A stretch of DNA of 64,000 bases, taken from Chitinophagales bacterium. GTDB lineage: Bacteria; Bacteroidota; Bacteroidia; Chitinophagales; LD1. Positions within the stretch are counted from its first letter, which is position 1; each line of letters begins with the position of its first letter. Below, in pieces: positions 48,233 through 57,378 of this stretch. Position numbers and translations under genes: made by a program. The stretch lies in NCBI GenBank assembly GCA_026129525.1, contig JAHCHW010000010.1, positions 68,840 through 132,839 of the forward strand. Direction: 5' to 3'. Under the pieces are notes generated by a model, which was given only the letters and a program-made list of their open reading frames with translations, made no database searches and was not told the origin of the DNA.

Positions 48233-49588
48233 TTAGTTCAATCCCAACAGTCTGAGTATATCGTTGCCAAGGGCAAAAATCATTAAGGCAAAAATGATAA
48301 TCATTCCAACAATTTGTGCGCGCTCCAAAAATTTATCACTCGGTGTGTGCCCGGTTATTATTTCGTACAAGGTAAACAAAGCGTGACCACCGTCTAATGC
48401 CGGAATAGGCAATAGATTTACGAATGCTAAAGCAATAGACAAGAAAGCGGTGAGGTTCCAGAAGCGAACCCAATCCCACTTGGGCGCAAACTGTTGTGCA
48501 ATGGTAAAGAAACTGCCCACTTGTTTGTAACCCTTCAAATCAGGATTAAACACAATGCGGAACTGCTTGATGTAGTTTACCAGTGTTTCGTAACTTTTAG
48601 CTATACCTGCGGGGAAAGAAGCCAAAAGGCTGTATTTCTTTTCTACAATTTCAAAGTACTGGTCGTAGCGGTAAGTCATAAACCCGATTTTGGCAGAGTC
48701 GGGAACCGTAAGCGCAATGCTCACCGTATCTGCTCCGCGAAGTGCAACTATGGTAACAGGCATTCCCGCAAATTGAGGAAGGTTGCGCTTAAACTCGTGG
48801 AAGTAGTTGATGGGAACAGAATCGAGTTGAATGATTTGGTCGCCTTGCTTGCCGCCTGCATTGGCAAGCGCCATATCAGGCAGCATAGTATCAACCACAC
48901 AAGGCACAATGGGTGTTACAAAATCGGCACCACGCGTAGCTAATATTTCTTTGTAGATAGTGGGCGGAACGTAAATGGATTTCTTTTCTCCGTTTCTTTC
49001 AATTTCAATACTCTTTGCATCGTTCAACAGCAAATCAATACCAATGGTATTTACACTCTTAAATTTTTTGCCGCCATCGTACGAAAGGATTTTATCGCCA
49101 TCCTGCAATCCTATTTTTTGCGCGGTGGAGTCGCAAGCGTAACCATACTTGGCATTCTCGGCAGGCAGGTAGCTTTCGCCATACCAGTAAAGCATTTGTC
49201 CGTAAATGGCGAAGGCGAGAATGACGTTCATAATAATTCCGCCAAGCATGATGATGAGGCGCTGCCAAGGTTTTTTAGCGCGAAACTCATCTGGCTGTGC
49301 AGGCTGTTTCATCTGCTCGGCATCCATGCTTTCGTCCACCATACCGGCAATTTTTACATAGCCGCCAAGCGGAAACCATCCCAACCCGTATTCAGTGTCA
49401 CCAATTTTTTTCTTCCACAAGGCAAAATTGGCAAGGTTGGGAAAGGGGAAAAGAAAATCGAAAAAGAGGTAGAACTTCTCTACCCGTGTTTTAAACATAC
49501 GGGCAGTTATGTAATGCCCGAACTCGTGAAGGGTAATAAGTATTGAGAGACTGAGAATAAACTGCGCTGCTTTAATCAATGCTTCCAT
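48233..49588 (-). CDS. rseP: RIP metalloprotease RseP (site-2 protease)
   Basis: 451 aa. HEFGH zinc motif, PDZ region, C-terminal NLLPIPALDGG. Confidence 0.9.
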   Translation of the reverse strand: MEALIKAAQFILSLSILITLHEFGHYITARMFKTRVEKFYLFFDFLFPFPNLANFALWKKKIGDTEYGLGWFPLGGYVKIAGMVDESMDAEQMKQPAQPDEFRAKKPWQRLIIMLGGIIMNVILAFAIYGQMLYWYGESYLPAENAKYGYACDSTAQKIGLQDGDKILSYDGGKKFKSVNTIGIDLLLNDAKSIEIERNGEKKSIYVPPTIYKEILATRGADFVTPIVPCVVDTMLPDMALANAGGKQGDQIIQLDSVPINYFHEFKRNLPQFAGMPVTIVALRGADTVSIALTVPDSAKIGFMTYRYDQYFEIVEKKYSLLASFPAGIAKSYETLVNYIKQFRIVFNPDLKGYKQVGSFFTIAQQFAPKWDWVRFWNLTAFLSIALAFVNLLPIPALDGGHALFTLYEIITGHTPSDKFLERAQIVGMIIIFALMIFALGNDILRLLGLN

Positions 49589-49676
49589 CCAAAAAATTAT
49601 TGAGGGGCAAATGTATTAAAATGAGGGAGATGCGCTTTTGGGTGAGATGCTTGCATTGAGAAAATTATACAAAACA

Positions 49677-49704
49677 CAAAGCCCCGCTTTACAGCAGGGC
49701 TTTG
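49677..49704 (-). terminator. Putative terminator after the cold-shock gene
   Basis: 8-bp stem caaagccc/gggctttg, followed on the minus strand by a T-rich tract. Confidence 0.45.
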
Positions 49705-49731
49705 GTTAAGTTGGTGTTTCAGTTTTATAAC

Positions 49732-49923
49732 TTACGCGAGTTTTACATTAACTGCGTTCATTCCTTTCTTTCCTTCTTTGAGTTCGAAAGTAACCTGGTC
49801 GCCATCTTTAACTTGGCTAACCAAGCCTGAAACGTGAACAAAATATTCTGTTCCTGTTCCTTCTTCTTTAATAAACCCAAATCCTTTCTGGTTGTTAAAA
49901 AACTTTACTGTTCCTGTTTGCAT
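49732..49923 (-). CDS. Cold-shock protein (CspA family)
   Basis: 63 aa, GTVKFFNNQKGFGFI...FVHVSG. Confidence 0.95.
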   Translation of the reverse strand: MQTGTVKFFNNQKGFGFIKEEGTGTEYFVHVSGLVSQVKDGDQVTFELKEGKKGMNAVNVKLA

Positions 49924-49957
49924 GATAATTTAAATTGTGATGATAAAATATTGGACG

Positions 49958-49965
49958 CAAAGGTA
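49958..49965 (-). promoter_or_regulatory. Candidate -7 promoter box (TACCTTTG) for the csp gene
   Basis: Exact TAnnTTTG match, 34 nt upstream of ATG 49923. Confidence 0.3.
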
Positions 49966-50010
49966 ATCGAATAAATTACACTTTCAGTTTTTTTTAAGAT
50001 GATGACGAAA

Positions 50011-50982
50011 CTACCATTTAAGCAGATAGGCAAAAATGAGAGGGGCTACAATGGTAGCATCGCTTTCAATAATAAACTTGGGGGTATCAATTCCCAATTT
50101 CCCCCATGTAATTTTTTCGTTCGGTACGGCACCCGAATACGAGCCGTAGGATGTTGTGGAATCGCTTATTTGGCAGAAGTAACTCCAGAAAGGCACATCA
50201 TGCCAGCCTAAATCCTGATACATCATAGGCACTACACAAATCGGAAAATCGCCTGCTATGCCTCCGCCTATCTGAAAAAATCCTACTCCTTTGCCCGAAC
50301 TGTTGTTACGATACCAGTCGCTTAACCATACCATATATTCAATACCACCGCGAACGGTAGTAGCTTTGATATCGTTCTTAATACAGTACGAAGCAAAAAT
50401 ATTTCCCATGGTAGAATCTTCCCAGCCGGGAACTATAATGGGCAAGTTTTTTTCGGCAGCGGCAATCATCCAACTGTGTTTCGGGTCAATTTCGTAGTAC
50501 TGTTCCAACACACCACTCAGCAACATCTTATACATAAACTCGTGCGGAAAATAGCGCTCGCCTTTGTTGTCGGCATCTTTCCATAGCTCATAAATGTGCT
50601 TTTGCAATCTGCGGAAGGCTTCCTCCTCGGGAATGCAAGTATCGGTAACACGGTTAAATCCGTTTTCGAGCAAATCCCACTCTTCCTGTGGCGATAAATC
50701 GCGATAGTTGGGCACACGCTTATAATGTGAATGGGCTACCAGATTCATTAAGTCTTCTTCGAGGTTGGCACCCGTGCAAGAAATAATTGCCACTTTATCC
50801 TGACGAATCATTTCAGCTAAAGAAATTCCCAATTCGGCAGTACTCATGGCACCGGCTAAGGTTATCATCATTTTTCCACCTTCGGCAAGGTGAGCTTCGT
50901 AGCCTTTTGCAGCATCAACCAAGGCAGCAGCGTTAAAGTGACGGTAATGATGGGTTATAAAATCGCGAATAGGAGTAGCCAT
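50011..50982 (-). CDS. Deoxyhypusine synthase family protein
   Basis: 323 aa, with DHS-like blocks (ITLAGAMSTAELG, ISCTGANLEED, GGGIAGDFP). Confidence 0.8.
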   Translation of the reverse strand: MATPIRDFITHHYRHFNAAALVDAAKGYEAHLAEGGKMMITLAGAMSTAELGISLAEMIRQDKVAIISCTGANLEEDLMNLVAHSHYKRVPNYRDLSPQEEWDLLENGFNRVTDTCIPEEEAFRRLQKHIYELWKDADNKGERYFPHEFMYKMLLSGVLEQYYEIDPKHSWMIAAAEKNLPIIVPGWEDSTMGNIFASYCIKNDIKATTVRGGIEYMVWLSDWYRNNSSGKGVGFFQIGGGIAGDFPICVVPMMYQDLGWHDVPFWSYFCQISDSTTSYGSYSGAVPNEKITWGKLGIDTPKFIIESDATIVAPLIFAYLLKW

Positions 50983-51076
50983 AAGAATAGAAGTTTACTT
51001 GATTTAAATGCGGGGCGAAAATGTAATTTTTTGGGGAATGGAGATAAAATGTATCTCCGCTATTGAGGAGAAGTGG

Positions 51077-51418
51077 TTAGCCGACAATCAAAAACAAACC
51101 CGCCATAACCGAAGTGGCGCCAACGCCTGTCATTCCGTACAGCCCAAAGTGAAATTCGAACGTGCCGTGCGAAGCAAAGCAGGTAACGGCAAAACCAATA
51201 ACACACAAAAGCGCTCCGAATAAAAGAAGAGGCAAACCTATTTTACGATGCTTTTCATAGCGGGCATCGCGCAAGGGTTTCAGCATTGTGCAAATTTCTT
51301 CCGGGTTGTAACCTTGCTGCCATAACTGCCGTTCAATTTCCTCTTCCGATTTTCCTTGTGCCGATAACCGATGCACCACATCAGTTCCGGCTATTGATGT
51401 TTCTACCGACATAACCAT
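51077..51418 (-). CDS. Hypothetical membrane protein
   Basis: 113 aa. Soluble N-terminal half and two C-terminal TM helices. Confidence 0.45.
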   Translation of the reverse strand: MVMSVETSIAGTDVVHRLSAQGKSEEEIERQLWQQGYNPEEICTMLKPLRDARYEKHRKIGLPLLLFGALLCVIGFAVTCFASHGTFEFHFGLYGMTGVGATSVMAGLFLIVG

Positions 51419-51518
51419 GCATTTAGTTCAGTAAGCGAAATCGGCAATTAAGGTAAAAGAAATATTCTAATGAAGAAACTACATGGCCACAACTGCCCAC
51501 ATACTCATTCAAAACGTA

Positions 51519-52475
51519 TTACACCTGCGCTAATACCATCTCCTTCCAACCATAAACCGTTTGTATGCTTTTGCTGTGCAGATATTCGGTTAGCTCCTCT
51601 CCCGCTCGAGTGTTGGTGAGCATAATAAAATCGCCACCCCATGCTCCGAGCGATTTAATGCAACCCCAATAATCCTGAAAATGCTCGTCCTTTACTTTCA
51701 TCATTTTTAGAGCAGCACCTACAATATTTTCATGCTCGTTTATCAACTCTTCAAATTCACTAAGCCCATTGCAATTCAATACTAACCCTGTAAGGCGGGT
51801 AAGTTCGTTGGCAATGTGCGTTTTATCACTCAGCTTTTCGCGGTAATACTTTATCCCTTCCGATGAAAGTTGCTTTTTGCCGAGATAAGCAAAATAGATG
51901 TTTTCAGTAAAAGCAGGTTTCCATTTTATATGTAATGTTTCGGGCGTGTTGTTTTGCAAGGTGTAGAGTATAGGATGATTGGAGCCGGCACAGGCAACAT
52001 CGTACCCCGAGCCGCCAATGGTTTGCTGCAATAGTTGATACCCATCAACATTTGCCCATTGAGCAATAGTGTAGATAAGCGTTGAACTGGAACCAAGCCC
52101 CCATTCATTCGGAAACTCAAGAGATGTTTCTACCGCTACATCCTTTTCACTTTTTAAAAACTCGGGATTCAGTTTTCGTGCTTCGGAAAGCATGGATGAC
52201 AGCCGGTGCGCTTCGGGCGTATCGGCATTAAGGCAACTGAAATCCTGCTTATCGAAAACCAAATTAAGCCACATTTGCCTGCGGCTGTTAAGTGCTACCC
52301 AGTACAAAGTATTATCCGATGAACTCAACTCTTTTACCCGCAAATGCTGCCCGCGTTGGGTAGGCACCGCCAACGCCTGTGCGCCATCCAGCACAAAGTA
52401 TTCGCCTGTTATCAGCAACTTACCGTGACCATAAAAATGCAGGGCATCTGTTTGAGCAGTAATTCGTAGTTTCAT
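51519..52475 (-). CDS. GHMP-family kinase (possibly the mevalonate-pathway phosphomevalonate kinase type)
   Basis: 318 aa. GKLLITGEYFVLDGA N-terminus and GLGSSST ATP-binding motif. Confidence 0.55.
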   Translation of the reverse strand: MKLRITAQTDALHFYGHGKLLITGEYFVLDGAQALAVPTQRGQHLRVKELSSSDNTLYWVALNSRRQMWLNLVFDKQDFSCLNADTPEAHRLSSMLSEARKLNPEFLKSEKDVAVETSLEFPNEWGLGSSSTLIYTIAQWANVDGYQLLQQTIGGSGYDVACAGSNHPILYTLQNNTPETLHIKWKPAFTENIYFAYLGKKQLSSEGIKYYREKLSDKTHIANELTRLTGLVLNCNGLSEFEELINEHENIVGAALKMMKVKDEHFQDYWGCIKSLGAWGGDFIMLTNTRAGEELTEYLHSKSIQTVYGWKEMVLAQV

Positions 52476-52628
52476 GAGGGCAACAAAAAACCTTTATTTT
52501 TTTTAGAAATTCAACTGAAAGCAAAAACTGATGTAGCCGCTTGTTGTATTTCACATTTACACAAAACCTGTTTTTGCCATCACAAAATAAATCGCTTACC
52601 TTCGCGTTAAAATTTCAAATAACAGGTT

Positions 52629-52760
52629 ATGAATGCTACTAAGAAAATAATCATGCTTGCCGTTGCTTTCGGCTTTTTGTTTGCTGTGTCATCGTGCAAC
52701 AAAAATACCTGCCCTACTTACAGCAAGGCAGATGATAAACAAACCGAAGTAAGAGTTTAA
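52629..52760 (+). CDS. Very small putative lipoprotein, not in the ORF track
   Basis: Hand translation: MNATKKIIMLAVAFGFLFAVSSCNKNTCPTYSKADDKQTEVRV (43 aa), a signal peptide plus lipobox Cys. Confidence 0.35.
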   Translation: MNATKKIIMLAVAFGFLFAVSSCNKNTCPTYSKADDKQTEVRV

Positions 52761-52891
52761 TCCGCAATTACGGGCGCATTGCAACCGATGCACCGCATAA
52801 ATTGTGAATGAATGATAATTATCCCTTTGCCGCGGGCAGAGGGATAATTTTTTATAGAGCGGTTGCCTTATTTTCGCCCGCAGAAGTTACA

Positions 52892-54034
52892 ATGAGTAAA
52901 AAAGGAAAAGTTTTAGTGGCAATGAGCGGTGGAATTGACTCCACCGTTACCGCTGTAATGTTGCACGAGCAAGGTTACGAAGTTGTGGGCATTACCATGA
53001 AAACATGGGACTACGCCACAGCGGGCGGCAGCAAAAAGGAAACCGGCTGCTGTTCGCTCGATTCTATAAACGATGCGAGGCAGGTAGCCGTTGACCTCGG
53101 TTTCAGCCATTTTATTATTGATATACGCGAAGAGTTTGGCGATTTTGTTATAAACGATTTTGTAAACGAATACTTGGCGGGCAGAACCCCCAACCCCTGC
53201 GTGCTTTGCAACACGCACATTAAATGGGAAGCACTACTGAAACGTGCCGATATGATGGACTGCGAGTTTATTGCCACAGGGCATTACGCACAGTTGCGAA
53301 ACGAAAACAACCGCTACGTAATTTCGAAAGGCTTGGATGAAAACAAAGACCAGAGTTATGTATTGTGGGGAGTAAGTCAGCAATGTCTGAGCCGCACCAT
53401 TTTCCCTATGGGTAAGTACCGAAAGCCGCACATTAAACAAATGGCACGCGATATGGGTTATGTGGAACTCGCCAACAAAAACGAGAGCTACGAAATTTGC
53501 TTTGTGCCCGATAACGACTATCGCGGTTTTCTGAAACGGAAACATCCTGATTTGGAACAAAAAGTTGATGGAGGAAATTTTGTTGACCTAACCGGAAACG
53601 TGATTGGCAAACATCACGGTTATCCGTTTTATACCATCGGGCAGCGCAAAGGATTGGGAACCGCTTTCGGCAAACCAATGTTTGTGGTACAGATAATTCC
53701 CGACACTAACACGGTAGTACTAGGCGAAGAAAAAGACCTTGAACGCAACGGCATGTGGGTGGGCAAGCTGAACTTACAGAAATACGAAACCATACCACCT
53801 GCCACCAAAGCCATAACCAAAGTGCGCTATAAGCACGATGGCGAATCGAGCCTGCTTACGCAAACCGGTGAGCGCATAAAAGTAGAGTTTATGGCTCCGG
53901 TTTCGGCAATTGCCCCTGGGCAGTCAGCCGTGTTTTACGAAGGAGACGATATGCTGGGCGGAGGTATTATTTTTTCTAATTTCAACATTGCATCTAAAAA
54001 CAATGCACTTGACAGAGAACTTCAACAAGCGTAA
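52892..54034 (+). CDS. mnmA: tRNA 2-thiouridine(34) synthase MnmA
   Basis: Start at ATG 52892 (MSKKGKVLVAMSGGIDSTV, the PP-loop). Confidence 0.95.
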   Translation: MSKKGKVLVAMSGGIDSTVTAVMLHEQGYEVVGITMKTWDYATAGGSKKETGCCSLDSINDARQVAVDLGFSHFIIDIREEFGDFVINDFVNEYLAGRTPNPCVLCNTHIKWEALLKRADMMDCEFIATGHYAQLRNENNRYVISKGLDENKDQSYVLWGVSQQCLSRTIFPMGKYRKPHIKQMARDMGYVELANKNESYEICFVPDNDYRGFLKRKHPDLEQKVDGGNFVDLTGNVIGKHHGYPFYTIGQRKGLGTAFGKPMFVVQIIPDTNTVVLGEEKDLERNGMWVGKLNLQKYETIPPATKAITKVRYKHDGESSLLTQTGERIKVEFMAPVSAIAPGQSAVFYEGDDMLGGGIIFSNFNIASKNNALDRELQQA

Positions 54035-54749
54035 AAAAACTTTCACTTTACTTTTAGCAACGCTTCTATTGACTGCGTTTTTTTATTCGTGCAAAAACAC
54101 TAAAGACGACTTTGTTTTAGATTACCATTACAACTACTACCCTATTGACAGCGGACACTATGTGGTGTACGATGTGGACTCCATTCACTACGCATCGAGC
54201 GGGCAGGTTACTTACCGCGACAGCGCCCGCTACCAGTTGCGCGAAATGATTACCGATACATTTTACGACTTGGAAAATCAGCTTTGCTACAAAGTAGAAC
54301 TTTCGCGCAGAGCTAACAGCAGTTCGCCATGGACATTCGACCGCGTTTGGCATGTTAAGGCAACTAAAGCCAATATTCAGAAAACCGAAGGCGATGTGCG
54401 CTTTGTAAAACTCATTTTCCCGCCCAAAGAAAATGCCGAGTGGAACGGCAATATTTATGTGCCCACCACCAATCAGTATTCTGTTTTTCAGGATTGGGAG
54501 TATTACTATAAAGATGTGCACCAGCCTTATTCCATCAACGGTTTTAATTTCGACAGCACTGTTACCGTTAGCGAAGTGGACGAAGAAAATGTGATTGAGA
54601 AAAAACTACGCAAAGAAGTGTATGCAAAAGGCGTAGGCATGATTTATCAGGAATGGGAAGTTGGCGCCAAGCAAAATGTGCAGGCTAAGTGGGACACCGG
54701 TATTCAAAACGGTTTCAGAATACGAATGCGGGTGGCGGAGCACAACTAA
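54003..54749 (+). CDS. Hypothetical lipoprotein
   Basis: Start at ATG 54003 (…LLLATLLLTAFFYSC lipobox). Overlaps the end of mnmA by 32 nt. Confidence 0.55.
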   Translation: MHLTENFNKRKKTFTLLLATLLLTAFFYSCKNTKDDFVLDYHYNYYPIDSGHYVVYDVDSIHYASSGQVTYRDSARYQLREMITDTFYDLENQLCYKVELSRRANSSSPWTFDRVWHVKATKANIQKTEGDVRFVKLIFPPKENAEWNGNIYVPTTNQYSVFQDWEYYYKDVHQPYSINGFNFDSTVTVSEVDEENVIEKKLRKEVYAKGVGMIYQEWEVGAKQNVQAKWDTGIQNGFRIRMRVAEHN

Positions 54750-54784
54750 ACATTCCGCTTTGGCTATTGTTTGAATAATGACTT

Positions 54785-56443
54785 ATGAAATTCGCTCTCC
54801 GATTTTTTTTCTCCCTTGTTGTGTTGTTCACTTATGCAACATCTTTTTCGCAGGATAACTACTATTGGGTAAAGTTTACCGATAAGCAAAACAACAATCA
54901 CACCATTGCCAACCCTTCAACCTTTTTAACTGCTGCTTCTATTGAAAGAAGACAAATACAAAACATTGCGGTTAACGAATCGGACTTACCGATAACCGAA
55001 AGTTATATTGACAGCCTTGCGCCTTACATTGTGGAACTAAAACACCGCCTTAAGTGGTTTAACATGGCGGTGGTAAAACTTATCAATGAAACCTATACCG
55101 ACAGCATCATCAAATTTCCGTTTGTTGATACGCTGGGCAAAATTGAATTTCCCCCATCGCGCGCAACCGATGCCGATAGTAAATTCGAAGAAGTGTACCC
55201 GTTGGTTAACCAAAACTATGTTTACCCCAACAAGTATGGCATTGCGTACCATCAGGCAAAAATGCTGAACACCGATTTGCTGCATCAGTTAAATGAACGG
55301 GGTAAAGGTGTGCTGGTTGCCGTAATGGATAACGGCTTTGTGAATGTAAACAACATTAAGGGATTCGATTCGGTTCGCAGCCGCATATTGGCTACTTACG
55401 ATTTTGTAAATAACGAAACCAATGTTTACAACGATGGCGGACATGGCACCAATGTGTTCAGTTGTATTGCCGGAAATATTCCTAATCAGTTTTTAGGCAC
55501 TGCGCCCGATGCATCGTTCTTTTTACTTACCACCGAAGACAACGGCAGAGAATGGGTGATGGAAGAATACAACTGGGCAGCCGCTGCCGAATGGGCAGAT
55601 AGTGCCGGAGCAAAAATTTTTACCACCTCGCTGGGCTACACCACTTTTAATGGCGACACGGGCAACCATACCTACAACGATTTAGACGGTAACACCACCA
55701 TTATTACCCGTGCCGGAAACATGGCTTTCGGCAAAGGCATATTAGTATTGAACAGTGCGGGAAATGAAGGAAGCGCACCATGGCACTACATAAGCGCCCC
55801 TGCCGATGGCGACAGCATTTTAGCAGTTGGCGCAGTTGATTCTGCCGAACTGATTGCAGGCTTTAGCGGTAGAGGACCCACCGTAAACGGAAAAATTAAA
55901 CCCGATGTTTGCGCGCAGGGAGTTAAAAGTGCGGTGCTTACGGTAGGGGGCGATGTGGGCTACAGCGGAGGAACTTCGTTTAGTTGCCCTATTATGGCGG
56001 GCAGTGCCGCTTCGCTGTGGGGTGCTTTTCCTGATAAAACTGCCAATGACATTAAAGTGGCAATTATTGTAAGCTGCCCAACGTTTTGGTATCCGGATAA
56101 TGAATACGGTTACGGCATTCCGAACTTTTACACCGCTTACTGGCTGCTGAAAACCGATTACAACCAAAACATTTTGAAAGTAACCGATGATGTAATTGTG
56201 TATCCCAATCCGTTTACCAACGAACTGAACATGATTTTATACGGGGGAAAAGAAGACAAAACACACCTGTTCGAAATTTTTGACATGGCAGGCAGAAAAG
56301 TTTTTGAAAAACAAATTTTTATCCGCGACCATACATTCGAATTGCTGCAAGCTGAAGAAGCCCGTAATCTGGCTGCCGGCAAATACATTCTGCGCCTCAA
56401 CCGCAATAAGAATTATTCGCATGTAATTATTAAGGGGAAGTAA
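54785..56443 (+). CDS. S8 (subtilisin-like) peptidase with T9SS type-A C-terminal domain
   Basis: 552 aa. Asp/His/Ser triad blocks (VAVMDNG, GHGTNV, GGTSFSCP). C-terminal VYPNPFTNELNM...GKYILRL tail. Confidence 0.85.
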   Translation: MKFALRFFFSLVVLFTYATSFSQDNYYWVKFTDKQNNNHTIANPSTFLTAASIERRQIQNIAVNESDLPITESYIDSLAPYIVELKHRLKWFNMAVVKLINETYTDSIIKFPFVDTLGKIEFPPSRATDADSKFEEVYPLVNQNYVYPNKYGIAYHQAKMLNTDLLHQLNERGKGVLVAVMDNGFVNVNNIKGFDSVRSRILATYDFVNNETNVYNDGGHGTNVFSCIAGNIPNQFLGTAPDASFFLLTTEDNGREWVMEEYNWAAAAEWADSAGAKIFTTSLGYTTFNGDTGNHTYNDLDGNTTIITRAGNMAFGKGILVLNSAGNEGSAPWHYISAPADGDSILAVGAVDSAELIAGFSGRGPTVNGKIKPDVCAQGVKSAVLTVGGDVGYSGGTSFSCPIMAGSAASLWGAFPDKTANDIKVAIIVSCPTFWYPDNEYGYGIPNFYTAYWLLKTDYNQNILKVTDDVIVYPNPFTNELNMILYGGKEDKTHLFEIFDMAGRKVFEKQIFIRDHTFELLQAEEARNLAAGKYILRLNRNKNYSHVIIKGK

Positions 56444-56444
56444 C

Positions 56445-56481
56445 ATAGTCATCCGATGACTTGGAGCCATCGGATGACTAT
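56445..56481. repeat. REP-like nested palindrome, copy 1 (upstream of the RAYT gene)
   Basis: atagtcatccgatgact-tgg-agccatcggatgactat: 17-nt arms with 1 mismatch. Each arm is itself a GTCATC-N-GATGAC palindrome. Confidence 0.85.
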
Positions 56482-56628
56482 CCCTTGGTTGGCGACCCGC
56501 ACCAACCAAACCAAAGCCATTAAGAGCAGGTTTGCCGTTGGTGAGGGCACACAACCGCGGGTAGTGCAGTTGTGCCCTCCACAAACAAGGTTTTTGAGGG
56601 CGAGTTCTTACTCTTGTATATTCGCATT

Positions 56629-57216
56629 ATGCAACTTTACCCGGGCAATATTTATCACATTTACAATCGTGGCAATCAACAACAACAGGTGTTTTTTAAT
56701 GACGAAAACTACTTGTTTTTTCTCCGCAAAATACGCAAGGAATTATTACCACACTGCGACATACTCGCTTATTGTCTAATGCCTAATCATTTTCATTGGC
56801 TGGTTTATGTGAAGTCATCCGATGACTTTAAGTCATCGGATGACTGTATGACCCCGCTATCAAAAGCCATTGCTGTTTTGCTTCGCTCCTATACCCGCGC
56901 CATACAAAAGCAACAAAATTTTACCGGCTCGCTCTTTCAGCAGAAAACCAAAGCTGTTGAAATAAAAAGCGAAAATCATATCCTTACCTGCGCTAACTAC
57001 ATTCATCAAAATCCTTTGAAAGCAGGCCTCGTAACAAAAATGGAAGATTGGAGTTATTCTTCCTTTCCGTACTACATCGGCTTGCGAAACGGTACGCTTT
57101 GCAACAAGCAATTGTTTTTGGATTGTGCGAATGTGAATGTGCGCGATGATTTTCGGCAACTCAGCTATTCCATAATACCCGATAGCCATTTAAAACAGCT
57201 CTTTGGCTTTTCATAG
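56629..57216 (+). CDS. REP-associated tyrosine transposase (RAYT, IS200/Y1 transposase-like)
   Basis: Start at ATG 56629 (MQLYPGNIYHIYNRGN). HUH motif (PNHFHWLV) and catalytic-Tyr block (ANYIHQNPLKAGLV...WSYSSF). Confidence 0.8.
   Translation: MQLYPGNIYHIYNRGNQQQQVFFNDENYLFFLRKIRKELLPHCDILAYCLMPNHFHWLVYVKSSDDFKSSDDCMTPLSKAIAVLLRSYTRAIQKQQNFTGSLFQQKTKAVEIKSENHILTCANYIHQNPLKAGLVTKMEDWSYSSFPYYIGLRNGTLCNKQLFLDCANVNVRDDFRQLSYSIIPDSHLKQLFGFS
56813..56845. repeat. REP-like palindrome, copy 2, in frame inside the RAYT ORF
   Basis: agtcatccgatgact-tta-agtcatcggatgact: perfect 15-nt arms. Encodes the peptide KSSDDFKSSDD just after the HUH motif. Confidence 0.85.
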
Positions 57217-57228
57217 GCATCTGCGTAG

Positions 57229-57267
57229 CATAGTCATCCGATGACTTGGAGTCATCGGATGACTATG
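57229..57267. repeat. REP-like nested palindrome, copy 3 (downstream of the RAYT gene)
   Basis: catagtcatccgatgact-tgg-agtcatcggatgactatg: perfect 18-nt arms. Starts 13 nt after the RAYT stop. Confidence 0.85.
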
Positions 57268-57378
57268 TGCCACCTCACTTTAGGCATAAAAAACTGCTTA
57301 AAAGAAGGGGATGGAAAGCCCTGCACATCCGCGTTTTTTCTTTCCTTCGCTGCTGCACTTTAATCATCAACCTACAAC

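Noticed and set aside
56444-57268. Three copies of a roughly 35-nt palindrome spaced about 370-420 bp apart, considered as a CRISPR-like array.
   Set aside because: The spacing is far too large and irregular, the middle copy is inside a coding sequence, there are no cas genes, and the enclosed gene is a RAYT. A REP/RAYT interpretation fits better.
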